From: a bacterium
GTDB lineage: Bacteria; SZUA-182; DTGQ01; JAFGSM01
NCBI GenBank assembly: GCA_049472335.1
Contig: JBLIRO010000002.1
Location: 80,949 to 144,948, forward strand
DNA: 64,000 bases
Direction of reading: 5' to 3'
Position 1 is the first letter of the stretch. Each line of letters starts with the position of its first letter. A program made the translations under genes and the position numbers. The notes under the pieces are model-generated. The model saw only the letters and a program-made list of their open reading frames with translations. It had not been told where the DNA came from and made no database searches. This document shows, one piece after another, positions 40,321 to 50,510 of this stretch.

Positions 40321-43300
40321 TTAATTTTCATCCACAACTGTAATTGATTTGGCGCTTACATGTTCGAAAGGTGTGGTAACTTCCACCTGAAGGATACCAA
40401 AGGTTTTCCCATCCTCGCTTGGCAGCAATGTTACCGAAAATTCTGTAGCTCCCGGTCCACCCTGGTTTGTATTAGGCACCTTAAAATCTTTTGACTGAGA
40501 ATCATCAGCGAAAACACCATTAGTCGTTTTCACAGTAATCTCAGTGCTGCAAGGCATTGGATTATTATTGATATCGACAATGGTTACTGTAACTGTCTGA
40601 CTGTTTTTACCTATTAGATTTACTGATGCAGGATCGAAGGTTATGACTGCAAAACTGCTTGACATAACCAGGGTTATATCTTCCTGAACATAAACCAGTT
40701 CCTTTGTGCACAAACCCAGTTCCTCAGCTTCATCAGAACATAATGTGCCATTATAGATGCCATTGGGCACACCATCAAAATTCCCGTTATCATCATAATC
40801 CCAGTACTCTTCTCCAAAATCGTAGACGCCGTTTTCATTATCGTCCCGGAATGGCTCAGCCAAATCAGTATCATTATCAAACCAGTCTAATTCGTCGAAA
40901 ATGCCGTTTCCGTTTACATCTGTAAAGCTTTCTTCCCCTATGCAAAATGCCAGTATCGTAAACCGGCCATTAACAGGCTTTGGATTGCCACTTCGCCATT
41001 GTACCTCACATACTCCTTCTTTTATGGTGGAGGAGGCAATTATGGAGCCCCCTTCAGTGGTAAAATAAACAACAGTCCCGTCGGGCACAAAATTATTAAA
41101 AAGGTCGGCAGCTTGAAATATTATTGGGACTTCCACATTATTGTAATTCCATGCTTCAGGATTAAGTGTTTCGGCGCTTATGGAAATACTGTTCTGGTCA
41201 GGGAGGCCGGTGCCTACTGCTAGCTCATCAGATACTATCGTGATTGAGGGATTGTCAGCCAAGGTTGCACGAACCCTTACATGAGTAGGTATATTGCCGG
41301 CCTTCACAGTGACTTGAACCAGTCCTTCAGTATTAGAAATTGCACTTGAACTTGATAATGAAAGCCCTCCTATTTCCGTAGAAAGTGTGAAATTGACGGC
41401 CTGGTTGAGGACCGGACTGCCATATTCGTCAACAGCCTTGAAGACCACAACCGAGGTCTCGGAACGGGCCGGACCCCCGGTGCCTTTAAGTGCAATGGTC
41501 TGGGGAGTGGCAGAAACAAAATCGATACCGCTGGCTTTTTCCAAAGATCCGGTATCAATTATGAAATGTATTGATTTCTGGACATAGACTAATTCTTTGG
41601 TGCATAAACCTAATGCCTCAGCTTCGTCTGAACATAATGAGCCATTATAAATTTCGTTGGGCACACCATCAAAGTCCCCGTCAGCATTAAAGTCCCAGTA
41701 TTCTTCTCCATAATCGTAGACGCCGTTTTCATTATCGTCCCGGAAAGGCTCCGCCAAATCCGTACTTAAATCGAATTGATCATTCGGATCGAAAAATCCG
41801 TTTCCGTTTTTATCATTAAAGCTTTCCTCACCTATACAAAAAGCCAGAATTGTTATCCGGCCGTCATTGGGGATCGGATTTCCACAATACCAAGGTACAT
41901 ATTTTTTATTTTTATAAATACATTTTCCGTCTTCTATTACCGCGGAAGCAGGGATTGAACCACCTTCAGTGGTAAAGTAAACAACCGTACCATCCGGAAC
42001 AAAATTATTAAAGTGATCTGCAGCCAGAAAGATTATCGGAATCTCCAAAAAACCGTCTTCGTACTCTTCAAGCGATATTTTATATTCTCTTGGACCTAAA
42101 GAAATACTGTTTTGATCAGGAAGTCCGGTGCTTACGGCAAGCTCATCCGAGACTACCGTGATTAAGGGATTGCTGGCCAGATACGCATGAACCCTTACAT
42201 GAGTAGGCATATTGCCGGCATTCACGGTAACACGAACCAAACCGTCGGCATCTGATATAGCACTGGGGCTTGATAGTGAAAGCCCTCCGATTTCCGTTGA
42301 AAGCTTGAAGTTGATATTCTGCTTCTGAACCGGATTCCCGTTTTCATCGACTACCATGAAGATAAGGACCGATGTCTCGGAACGGGCAGGACCTCCTGTG
42401 CCCTTGAGCGCAAGGGCTTCGGGAGTGGCAGAGATGAAATCGATAGAAGAGACGTTTCCGGAGGACCATTCCTTTTGAACGTCTATCTTCATTAACTGCA
42501 AGGATTTTTGAACATAGACCAGCTCTTTGGTGCATAAGCCCAGGGCCTCGGCTTCATCAGAACATAATGAGCCATTATAGATACCGTTGGGCACACCATC
42601 GAATTCTCCGTTCCCATTATAATCCCAGTATTCTTCTCCATAATCATACTGGTCATTTTCGTTATCATCGCGAAAGGGCTCAGCCATATCGCTGGAATGA
42701 TCGAACCAATCTTCCGCATCGAAATGCCCGTTTCCGTTTACATCCGTAAAGCTTTCTTCACCTATACAAACCGCCAGAATTGTTATTGTGTCGTCCTCAG
42801 GGACCGGATTCCCGCTTCTCCACCTGACTTTGCAGCCCCCTCTTTCCGTCTTGGCGGAGGATTCTATGGAACCTCCTTCAGTTGTAAAATAGACGACAGT
42901 TCCGTCAGGCACGCAGTTATTGAAGTGGTCTGCAGCCTGAAATACTATATCAAGCTCCGCTTTACCATATGCCCATTCGTCGTATTCAATCTCTACAAAT
43001 TTTGAAAATAAAGTAACACTGTTTTGATCGGGGAGACCGGTGCTTACTACAAGCTCGTCAGAGACTACTCTGATTAAAGGATTGCTGTCCAGGCTGGCAT
43101 GCACTCTAACATGAGTGGCCATATTTCCGGAGTTAACGGTCACTTTAACCAATCCTTCAAAATCCGACACATCATTTGAATTTGATAATGAAAGCCCCCC
43201 TATTTCCGTGGAGAGATGGAAGTCGACCGTCTGATTCGGTACCGGATCCCCGAATTTATCAACTACCTTAAAAACCAGGACCGAAGTCTCGGTCCGGGGC

Positions 43301-44409
43301 GGGCCTCCCGTACCCTTAAGGGCTATAGTCTGGGGAGTGGCAGAGATGAAATCGATGGAACCCGGTTCTCCAAAAGAGATATCATCAATGACTAAATATA
43401 TCGAGTCCTGAACATAAACAAGTTCTTTGGAGCATAAACCCAGAGCTTCCGCTTCATCAGAACATAATACACCATTATAAATACCATTGGGCTCACCATC
43501 GAATTTCCCATTATGATTATAGTCCCAGTATTCTTCTTTATAATCATATTGGCCATTTTCGTTATCATCACGAAAGGGTTCGGCCATATCGGTATTCGGA
43601 TCGAAATCATCTTCTGGATCGAAAAATCCATTTCCATTTACATCCTTAAAGCTTTCTTCACCTATAGAAAAAGCCAGAATTCTGATTTGACCATCTTTGG
43701 GGATAGGATTTACAAAATGCCATACTACCTCACATACTCCGTCTGTTATTGTTGAGCTTCCAATTATTGAACCCCCTTCAGTGGTAAAATAAACAACACT
43801 TCCATCCGGTACGAAATTATTAAAATGGTCTGCAGCATAAAATTTTATTTTGACATCATCACAAAATGCAGATATTGGGATATGTCCCTTGCAAATTTCA
43901 AAATCCGATGTTTCTGCACACAAAGTAATGCTGTTTTGATCGGGAAGGCCTGTAGTTACAGCAAGCTCATTGGAGACTACCATTATCGAAGGATTTCTAT
44001 CCAAAGTGGCATGAACCCTTATATGGGTTGGCATATTGCCGGAATTCACCGTAACCTGAACCAAACCTGCGGAATCAGACACTGCCTTTGAATTTGACAG
44101 AAATAGCCCCCCGATTTCCGTAGAGAGACGGAAGTTGACGATCTGATTCGGGACCGGATCCCCATATTCATCAACTACCTTGAAAACAAGGACAGATGTC
44201 TCGGAGCGGGGCGGACCTCCCGTACCCTTAAGGGCGATTGTCTGAGGGGTGGCGGAGATGAAATCGATAGAATTAGCGGTGTTATTGTTATTGCCTACGG
44301 GTTTCTCTTTTTCAGTGGGGGTGCTAAAATTTGAGCCTCCTCCACCGCATCCGACTATTAGCAAACTAACCAGCAAAAGAATTGTGACATTGGTTACTAA
44401 CCACTTCAT
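40321..44409 (-). CDS. Surface lipoprotein with four tandem Ig-like (invasin/Big-1-like) plus Ca-binding modules
   Basis: Lipobox LIVGC; four approx. 305-aa repeats starting (S/G)IDF(I/V)SATP..ALKGTGG, each with ESFxDxNGNG and EPFRDDNEN..YD motifs and a C...LGLC pair. Confidence 0.85.
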   Translation of the reverse strand: MKWLVTNVTILLLVSLLIVGCGGGGSNFSTPTEKEKPVGNNNNTANSIDFISATPQTIALKGTGGPPRSETSVLVFKVVDEYGDPVPNQIVNFRLSTEIGGLFLSNSKAVSDSAGLVQVTVNSGNMPTHIRVHATLDRNPSIMVVSNELAVTTGLPDQNSITLCAETSDFEICKGHIPISAFCDDVKIKFYAADHFNNFVPDGSVVYFTTEGGSIIGSSTITDGVCEVVWHFVNPIPKDGQIRILAFSIGEESFKDVNGNGFFDPEDDFDPNTDMAEPFRDDNENGQYDYKEEYWDYNHNGKFDGEPNGIYNGVLCSDEAEALGLCSKELVYVQDSIYLVIDDISFGEPGSIDFISATPQTIALKGTGGPPRTETSVLVFKVVDKFGDPVPNQTVDFHLSTEIGGLSLSNSNDVSDFEGLVKVTVNSGNMATHVRVHASLDSNPLIRVVSDELVVSTGLPDQNSVTLFSKFVEIEYDEWAYGKAELDIVFQAADHFNNCVPDGTVVYFTTEGGSIESSAKTERGGCKVRWRSGNPVPEDDTITILAVCIGEESFTDVNGNGHFDAEDWFDHSSDMAEPFRDDNENDQYDYGEEYWDYNGNGEFDGVPNGIYNGSLCSDEAEALGLCTKELVYVQKSLQLMKIDVQKEWSSGNVSSIDFISATPEALALKGTGGPARSETSVLIFMVVDENGNPVQKQNINFKLSTEIGGLSLSSPSAISDADGLVRVTVNAGNMPTHVRVHAYLASNPLITVVSDELAVSTGLPDQNSISLGPREYKISLEEYEDGFLEIPIIFLAADHFNNFVPDGTVVYFTTEGGSIPASAVIEDGKCIYKNKKYVPWYCGNPIPNDGRITILAFCIGEESFNDKNGNGFFDPNDQFDLSTDLAEPFRDDNENGVYDYGEEYWDFNADGDFDGVPNEIYNGSLCSDEAEALGLCTKELVYVQKSIHFIIDTGSLEKASGIDFVSATPQTIALKGTGGPARSETSVVVFKAVDEYGSPVLNQAVNFTLSTEIGGLSLSSSSAISNTEGLVQVTVKAGNIPTHVRVRATLADNPSITIVSDELAVGTGLPDQNSISISAETLNPEAWNYNNVEVPIIFQAADLFNNFVPDGTVVYFTTEGGSIIASSTIKEGVCEVQWRSGNPKPVNGRFTILAFCIGEESFTDVNGNGIFDELDWFDNDTDLAEPFRDDNENGVYDFGEEYWDYDDNGNFDGVPNGIYNGTLCSDEAEELGLCTKELVYVQEDITLVMSSSFAVITFDPASVNLIGKNSQTVTVTIVDINNNPMPCSTEITVKTTNGVFADDSQSKDFKVPNTNQGGPGATEFSVTLLPSEDGKTFGILQVEVTTPFEHVSAKSITVVDEN

Positions 44410-44455
44410 GATCAGATCCCTCCAAAGTAATCAAAAAAATTTAATATTTATTTAA

Positions 44456-45193
44456 TTATTCATAATGATAAGCGAAGCCTATCAATGCATGATGCGTTCC
44501 CAGTTCGGTTTCTATTTTGACCCTGTTGCCGTTGACATCTTCCTCAAAATCCGGTTTGAACTGCGTGTACCTGTATTCAAGGAATAATGAAAGGTTTCCC
44601 TTGAACATCTTTTCAATCCCCGCGCGGATATCCAGGCCGATATCCAGGGATCTATCGGAATATTTCCCGGAAAGCTGTCCGGGAGAATAACCCAGCATAT
44701 CGAGTATTTTTGAATTCGCGATTTCATATTTAATGCTGGTTAAGAATATCCCCGGTCCGATGCCACCATAAAAAAGGTATTCACCCTTCGGATAAATATC
44801 CCTTTTTACCAAAGGTATCCTGAACATTAGAAGACCTGATACCGGAGTTACTCTCAGGTGTCCCTTGTCAATATTTTTTTGCCTGATGTCATGTTTGAAA
44901 TGACTGGCCTCCAGGGCGATTCCTGCCCAACTCAAGCTTTCGAACCAATATCCCATGCGATATCCGATCGTGAAGGAATTATCAAGGTCTGCTTCTTCGG
45001 TCTCACTTTTTCCAGGGACCATAAAGGTTAACCCTTCATCTGCGCCGAGTGAGAGTCCTGCGTGAAGACCCACAAATGTCTCCGCCTTGGCCAACAGCGG
45101 ATTAAGACTTAGTACGGCTGCTATTCCTGTAATCATTAATAATTTTATAAGCTTCACCTTGATGTCTCCTTTTTTCAAAAAGTAAATAGTCAA
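44456..45193 (-). CDS. Outer-membrane beta-barrel protein (OmpA-TM/porin-like)
   Basis: Signal peptide (AKA|E), alternating beta strands, FLEYRYT, C-terminal aromatic motif GFAYHY. Confidence 0.75.
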   Translation of the reverse strand: MTIYFLKKGDIKVKLIKLLMITGIAAVLSLNPLLAKAETFVGLHAGLSLGADEGLTFMVPGKSETEEADLDNSFTIGYRMGYWFESLSWAGIALEASHFKHDIRQKNIDKGHLRVTPVSGLLMFRIPLVKRDIYPKGEYLFYGGIGPGIFLTSIKYEIANSKILDMLGYSPGQLSGKYSDRSLDIGLDIRAGIEKMFKGNLSLFLEYRYTQFKPDFEEDVNGNRVKIETELGTHHALIGFAYHYE

Positions 45194-45300
45194 AGCATAA
45201 AAAAATATCTATAAATTTAACTTGTTATTATTAAGGTTTATATGTCCACAAATGATTATAATTTTCTATAATCAGGACTTGATCACAGTCCTTTGGTTTT

Positions 45301-46644
45301 TCAAGTACTGCCAAAATAGCACCTCCAAGCCAATTCCAGTATCTCTTTGTTAAGTTCCAATTGTTGCCCATGAAAATGGCAGATATCCAGGGCCCGCTCA
45401 ATCAAATCACGGGGCTCACAGCAGCGAAGCGGGCGTTTTTCGGCCCCGTATCGGGCAAGCAAGTGTTCGATGACCTCCGGTTTTACAACTATGTTATAGC
45501 GAGCTGCATACTGCCGAAAGATTTCTGAATAGCGTTCGGGGGCCGGATCGCTTAGGCGGAGCCGGTAGCCGATCCGGCGCAAGAACGCTGGCAACATTAC
45601 TTTGTGTGGATCAAGGTTGGTCGACACAATCAGCATCTGCCTGAAAGGGACTTCCAATTGCTGACCTGTTTGCAGGGTGAGGTAATCAACCTGCCGCTCC
45701 AGGGGAAGAATCCATCTGCTTAACAATTTATGTGGCTCCACACGCTGGCAGCCAAAGTCATCCAGAAGAAATATCCCGCCATTGGCCTTGAAGTGAAGGG
45801 GTGCTTCATAATAACCCAAACTGGGGATATAAATCAGATCCAAGGCTTCAATGGTCAACTCTCCGCCCACCACAACAAAAGGGAGCCTTATGCGAATCCA
45901 ACGTGTGTCGATCTTACGCATCAAGTCATCTTCCAGTTCGATCGGTACGACTTTATGGCATTCCGGATCGAAGACACGTATGATATGGTTATCAATACCT
46001 ATGCAATAGGGTATCCATAAATATCCTTCCATTGCGTCGGAAAGCAAATGCCCCAGCAGCGTTTTCCCATTGCCTGGCGGCCCATATATAAACAAAGTTC
46101 GGCGGGACATCACCGCCAGCCCTGCTATGTGTATGGCGTCTTCAGGCAAAACCATATGCGAAATAGCCTTATTAACCTTTTCAGGGGTGACTTCCGGAAG
46201 GTGTTTAAACTGCAGCTCAAGGTTTTTTGTATAATCGTTCAGGGAAACCGGAGCGGGACCAACATAACCGGAGACTTCGAGCAATCTGACAGCCCGGGCC
46301 CGTCCCCTGTCAGTGATTGTGAATCTGAAATTGAACGGTTCTGCCTGTCCGAGGATCTCCAACATTCCATCTTTTTGAAGCTGCTCAAGCAATACAGTCA
46401 CAAGGTGCAAAGGAAGACACAATTTCGAAGCAGCGAAACGAGCGGTGAATTTCGGCAGTGTATACGCGAGCTTGAGGGCAAGGTTTGATAAGACATCCGT
46501 GCTCACTCCCATATCCTCCAAATTTGAGGGCGCAGTAGGAGCAAGGCCCTTATCTCCCAATCCGATCAATTTTGTGTTCTCAACCGGTTTGTGGAGGTTG
46601 TTCTTCAGCTTGCTATAAATATTGTCATAAGTTAATCTCATCAT
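45301..46644 (-). CDS. AAA+ family ATPase with N-terminal winged-helix-like region
   Basis: GPPGNGKT Walker A, FLLDDFG Walker B, STNL, FLRRI. Confidence 0.8.
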   Translation of the reverse strand: MMRLTYDNIYSKLKNNLHKPVENTKLIGLGDKGLAPTAPSNLEDMGVSTDVLSNLALKLAYTLPKFTARFAASKLCLPLHLVTVLLEQLQKDGMLEILGQAEPFNFRFTITDRGRARAVRLLEVSGYVGPAPVSLNDYTKNLELQFKHLPEVTPEKVNKAISHMVLPEDAIHIAGLAVMSRRTLFIYGPPGNGKTLLGHLLSDAMEGYLWIPYCIGIDNHIIRVFDPECHKVVPIELEDDLMRKIDTRWIRIRLPFVVVGGELTIEALDLIYIPSLGYYEAPLHFKANGGIFLLDDFGCQRVEPHKLLSRWILPLERQVDYLTLQTGQQLEVPFRQMLIVSTNLDPHKVMLPAFLRRIGYRLRLSDPAPERYSEIFRQYAARYNIVVKPEVIEHLLARYGAEKRPLRCCEPRDLIERALDICHFHGQQLELNKEILELAWRCYFGST

Positions 46645-46695
46645 TTAACCTCATGAATAAATCTATTAATGCAATACAGCCAATTCCTGCCAAAT

Positions 46696-47391
46696 TTAAA
46701 ATATATAAGGGATAAAACGAGCAGTCTTTGAGCGATAGCTTTTATATTCGGGGAATATACTATCGAGGAGCATTTCCTCTTGAAGGGCTCGGTAGACTTG
46801 GCAAAAAATAAGAAGTAAAAACACTGCGAAGGTTGAAATCGAAGGCCGTACAAGAAAAATACCAAAATAGCTGACAATCTCGCCGGTATACAAAGGATGC
46901 CTTATTATCCTATATGGGCCGCTTTGGACCAAACCTCTTACTTGAGGGATAATACTAAAGTTCCTGCCCAGAACGAAAAGTGAGTAGATTGAAAAAAACA
47001 TGCCGAAAATCATTACAATATTTGCGATGATAAGTATAACCGGATTTTCTGATATTGAACGGTTCAGAATCGGAAACGTCAACGGGAGACAGCTTGTAGC
47101 AATGGCAATGGCCTTGGCGTAAAAAGACTTTGTGGTTATGCTTGCTGAGCTTCTCAGGAAATAAAGCAGGATTACTAAAACATAGAAACATATTATAAGA
47201 AGGTGATGAATAAGCCCGAGCGACTTAACCGGATTTATTGGCAATAAGATTTTTATCCCTTTATGAAAACCCAGGATATTAATCCAGGTCAATAACACGA
47301 ACAGCGGAACAGCTATTAGCCTCCCTTTGTCAATGTTCTTGTAGATGCTCTTAACTGCCTTCATCTTAACCTCTATTAATCTTTTTATCAA
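46696..47391 (-). CDS. Isoprenylcysteine carboxylmethyltransferase (ICMT/PEMT) family membrane protein
   Basis: LGRNFS, LVQSGPYRIIRHPLY, RALQEE..L, EY..Y...T.RFIP. Confidence 0.85.
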   Translation of the reverse strand: MIKRLIEVKMKAVKSIYKNIDKGRLIAVPLFVLLTWINILGFHKGIKILLPINPVKSLGLIHHLLIICFYVLVILLYFLRSSASITTKSFYAKAIAIATSCLPLTFPILNRSISENPVILIIANIVMIFGMFFSIYSLFVLGRNFSIIPQVRGLVQSGPYRIIRHPLYTGEIVSYFGIFLVRPSISTFAVFLLLIFCQVYRALQEEMLLDSIFPEYKSYRSKTARFIPYIF

Positions 47392-48443
47392 TTAAAATCA
47401 AATGATTCGCCAGTGCTTCGGGTCGGGTCCCGAGATATTAATGCCCTCGCCTTTTTTAATTTTTCGTTTGCCTTTACATAAAAATGCGGCTTACTTTCTA
47501 TGGCATTTTTAAATGCCTGGATAGCTTCTTTATATCTTCCGTTTTTCATGAATATATATCCAATATTGTTATATGCCGATGCCTTGTCCCCTCCCTTTTT
47601 AAAAGCTTCGAAGGCTTCTCCGTATCTGCCGAGTTTACATAAGGATAAACCCAGATTATTATATGTTATTGGATCTACCGGCTTCATCTTAGAAGCCTTA
47701 ATCAAGGCATTCACGGATTTTTCATACTCTCCCTTTAAATAGTAAGACATCCCCAAATTAGTAAATAACGCCCCGGAGTCAGGATTAATGGCAATGGCTT
47801 TGCTATACTCACTGATAGCGGCATCGAACTGATTTCGTATGTCGTAAATAACCCCGAGGAACATATGGGATTGCCACAAATCCGGATTAATATTTATGGC
47901 CTTTTCGAAATTTTCCTTTGATTTATCGATCTCATCTTTGGCGAAAAATGCACGTCCTTTACCATCATAGGCTAAGGCGTTATTAGGGTCATTTTCCAAG
48001 ATCTTCTCAAATTCCTTTAGCCCGTCATCGAGCATTCCTTTGTTTAAAAGAAGAAGGCCTATCTTATAACGAATCCCGTTTTGCTTCGGATTGTTATAAA
48101 TCGCTTTATTATATTGAATGAATGCCATATTTATATTACCTTGCCTTATATAGCGATCCCCAAGTTTTTCATAACCATTTTCTGACATTTCCGGAGCCTT
48201 TTCATAAGATTCCTTTTTGGGAATTACAGGGGTTCTATAGGCTTTTGGTTTGGAAACTTGGGAAATCCCCTGATAATCACTTTTAAGAAACGCGTTTTGA
48301 TGACTTCCGGGATTGGTACAACCAAACAATCCAACGATGAAGGCAATCATGAAAAGGTTAAAAAACAATAAATTTGAAGACCTCAAATTAGGATACGAAA
48401 ACATCACTTTTGACCTCCAATCCTTTGGAAAGTTTTTATACAT
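47388..48443 (-). CDS. TPR lipoprotein, TadD-like pilotin
   Basis: Lipobox LFGC, multiple TPRs, ASAYNNIGY; downstream of tadC. Confidence 0.7.
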   Translation of the reverse strand: MYKNFPKDWRSKVMFSYPNLRSSNLLFFNLFMIAFIVGLFGCTNPGSHQNAFLKSDYQGISQVSKPKAYRTPVIPKKESYEKAPEMSENGYEKLGDRYIRQGNINMAFIQYNKAIYNNPKQNGIRYKIGLLLLNKGMLDDGLKEFEKILENDPNNALAYDGKGRAFFAKDEIDKSKENFEKAININPDLWQSHMFLGVIYDIRNQFDAAISEYSKAIAINPDSGALFTNLGMSYYLKGEYEKSVNALIKASKMKPVDPITYNNLGLSLCKLGRYGEAFEAFKKGGDKASAYNNIGYIFMKNGRYKEAIQAFKNAIESKPHFYVKANEKLKKARALISRDPTRSTGESFDFN

Positions 48444-48484
48444 TTAAACATATATCGATCATTAATCAGTTATCATGAATTCCC

Positions 48485-50362
48485 CTAATTAAAATTAGAT
48501 ATTTTTATGGGAACAAAATTTTTGTGTCGAATTTGGACCAGTGTAACCTCCTTTTTAGATTCCCCGGAGGGTAAAATTGTTGTCTTGCCGGACACTCCGG
48601 GGAAATTTTGAATCTGGTACAACCTGTCTCTGGTCATATTCCATGAGGCCTCTCCCCCGTCACTGGCTTCCAAAAGTATATTTGTTACATCATAGGATAA
48701 GGCAGAGACAAGTTTTGGTAATTCACCGAATCTGTCTTTAAAATTTGAGCAAAATAATCTCGCCCTCGGATTATTGCTTTCCGGATAAAAATCGACACTT
48801 ACGATGGCTCCATCAACATAGATGTTATCCTCTTCCACTATTTTTTCATCGAGCCATAGATTGGTGCCCAAAAGTTGTATGGGCTCCTCTTCCTCTTCGT
48901 ATTCTTCAGGTCTGTAAAAACGGATTTGACTGGCTATTTGTGTTATCTTTTCATAAAAATCCGGGATGAAAAGGGCCTCTGGCTTTACCTGATTTATTCT
49001 GAAAATCTGTTTTTTGAAATCCGTGTCCTCTTGGGCGTAATATTCCATAATCTCAATAGTGCCCCCCAGAGAATCGATCTGGTCCGCAAAGAGGCTCATC
49101 ATTTCCTTGCCATAAAGATTAGAAGGGGAGAATATGCCAAACCTCTTTAAACCCATTTCCCTGACTGCAAAATTGGCCAGTGCCTCGGCCTGATCATAAT
49201 TGGTCAAACAATTCCTGAAGATAAAATTCCCTGTCTCAGTCAGGTCTTTTCCGGAAGCGGTAGGAGTAAAAAGAGGAATACCGATTTTCTCGGCAACTAT
49301 GGCGGACTTTATGGCGGCAGATGTGAGAAGAGGCCCGATAATGGCAGCCACATTTTCCTGATAGGCCAGGAATTCCACACCTTTTTCAGCATTCTCAGGG
49401 ATCCCCTCCGAATCATAAAGCACTACTCGTACAGATCCTCCATATTGCTGATTATATTCATCAACAGCCATTTTAACTCCCCTGATTATCTTTTCCCCAT
49501 ACTCGGACAATGGACCGCTAAGTGGGGCTATACAACCCAATTTCCCTTTTTTTGCTTTAATCCGTTCTTTTTCAATATATCCCTCGCTCATCTCGATGGG
49601 ATTTGTCATCCCCTTTGCTTTTATCCCCTCTGACCTGTCTTGAGAAATATCAGAAAAAATCCGGGATATCTCAAGTCCTTCTTCCTGGATTCTTAAAGAA
49701 GGATTAAGCTCTAATGCCTTGACAAAATAATCTTTTGCTTCATTTAACATGCCTTTTTCATAAAAAATGCCGGCCATTTTATAATATGCCCGGGCATTAC
49801 CCCCTGCCAGCTTAAATGTCTCCAATGCAAGATCATACTGCCCTGTTTCAGCATAAACCATGCCAAGGTTGTTGAGGATTCTTACATTCCCCTTGTTTAA
49901 GGTTAAGGCCTTTTTAAACATTCTAATCGCCTTATTGTAATTGCCCTGCAACAGATGTGAAAAACCAAGATTATTATAGACAAAATACAGATCAGGATTC
50001 AGGGCCAGGGCAGCCTGATAAGACTCGCTGGCCTTTGAAAAATCCTTTAGTTTGTCATATAAAATTCCCATTTTGTTATAGGCTTCTGCATGATCAGGGT
50101 CTAAAAAGACCGCCTTTTTAAACTCCTTTATGGCTTTTTTATAATTGCCCATGTTCTGGTAATAGCATCCGAGCTGATAATAAGGATCAGGGTTGCTTTT
50201 ATATAATTTTGTCTTATGGATAGATTTATGTGACTCTGTTTCAGGAAGGGTATATGATTTCCAAGTGTTGGTAAGGGTATCCTTGTTTTTGATAGTTGAA
50301 CAACTAACTAAAAAAAAACAAACAGATACTAAAAACAGACAGATTGAATTTTTTATTTTCAT
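48485..50362 (-). CDS. Lipoprotein fusion of TPR array and LppC/LivK-type periplasmic-binding domain
   Basis: Lipobox LVSC; TPRs approx. aa 58-222; C-terminal LGCIAPLSG, IIGPL, FPGVSG typical of the LpoA C-domain/LivK fold. Confidence 0.75.
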   Translation of the reverse strand: MKIKNSICLFLVSVCFFLVSCSTIKNKDTLTNTWKSYTLPETESHKSIHKTKLYKSNPDPYYQLGCYYQNMGNYKKAIKEFKKAVFLDPDHAEAYNKMGILYDKLKDFSKASESYQAALALNPDLYFVYNNLGFSHLLQGNYNKAIRMFKKALTLNKGNVRILNNLGMVYAETGQYDLALETFKLAGGNARAYYKMAGIFYEKGMLNEAKDYFVKALELNPSLRIQEEGLEISRIFSDISQDRSEGIKAKGMTNPIEMSEGYIEKERIKAKKGKLGCIAPLSGPLSEYGEKIIRGVKMAVDEYNQQYGGSVRVVLYDSEGIPENAEKGVEFLAYQENVAAIIGPLLTSAAIKSAIVAEKIGIPLFTPTASGKDLTETGNFIFRNCLTNYDQAEALANFAVREMGLKRFGIFSPSNLYGKEMMSLFADQIDSLGGTIEIMEYYAQEDTDFKKQIFRINQVKPEALFIPDFYEKITQIASQIRFYRPEEYEEEEEPIQLLGTNLWLDEKIVEEDNIYVDGAIVSVDFYPESNNPRARLFCSNFKDRFGELPKLVSALSYDVTNILLEASDGGEASWNMTRDRLYQIQNFPGVSGKTTILPSGESKKEVTLVQIRHKNFVPIKISNFN

Positions 50363-50510
50363 TTTTTACATGCAATACCTTAAAATTGAATCAAAATATC
50401 CAAACATTTTAATAATTCCATTATTAAATGGCTCATTCCAAATAAAATCTCCTTCCCTAATCATTTTTCAATTTCCTTACTCAATTTATGCAATCTTTCA
50501 AATCGGAGAT

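Noticed and set aside
40321..44409. Diversity-generating retroelement target
   Set aside because: No reverse transcriptase or template repeat seen; repeat differences are not adenine-specific
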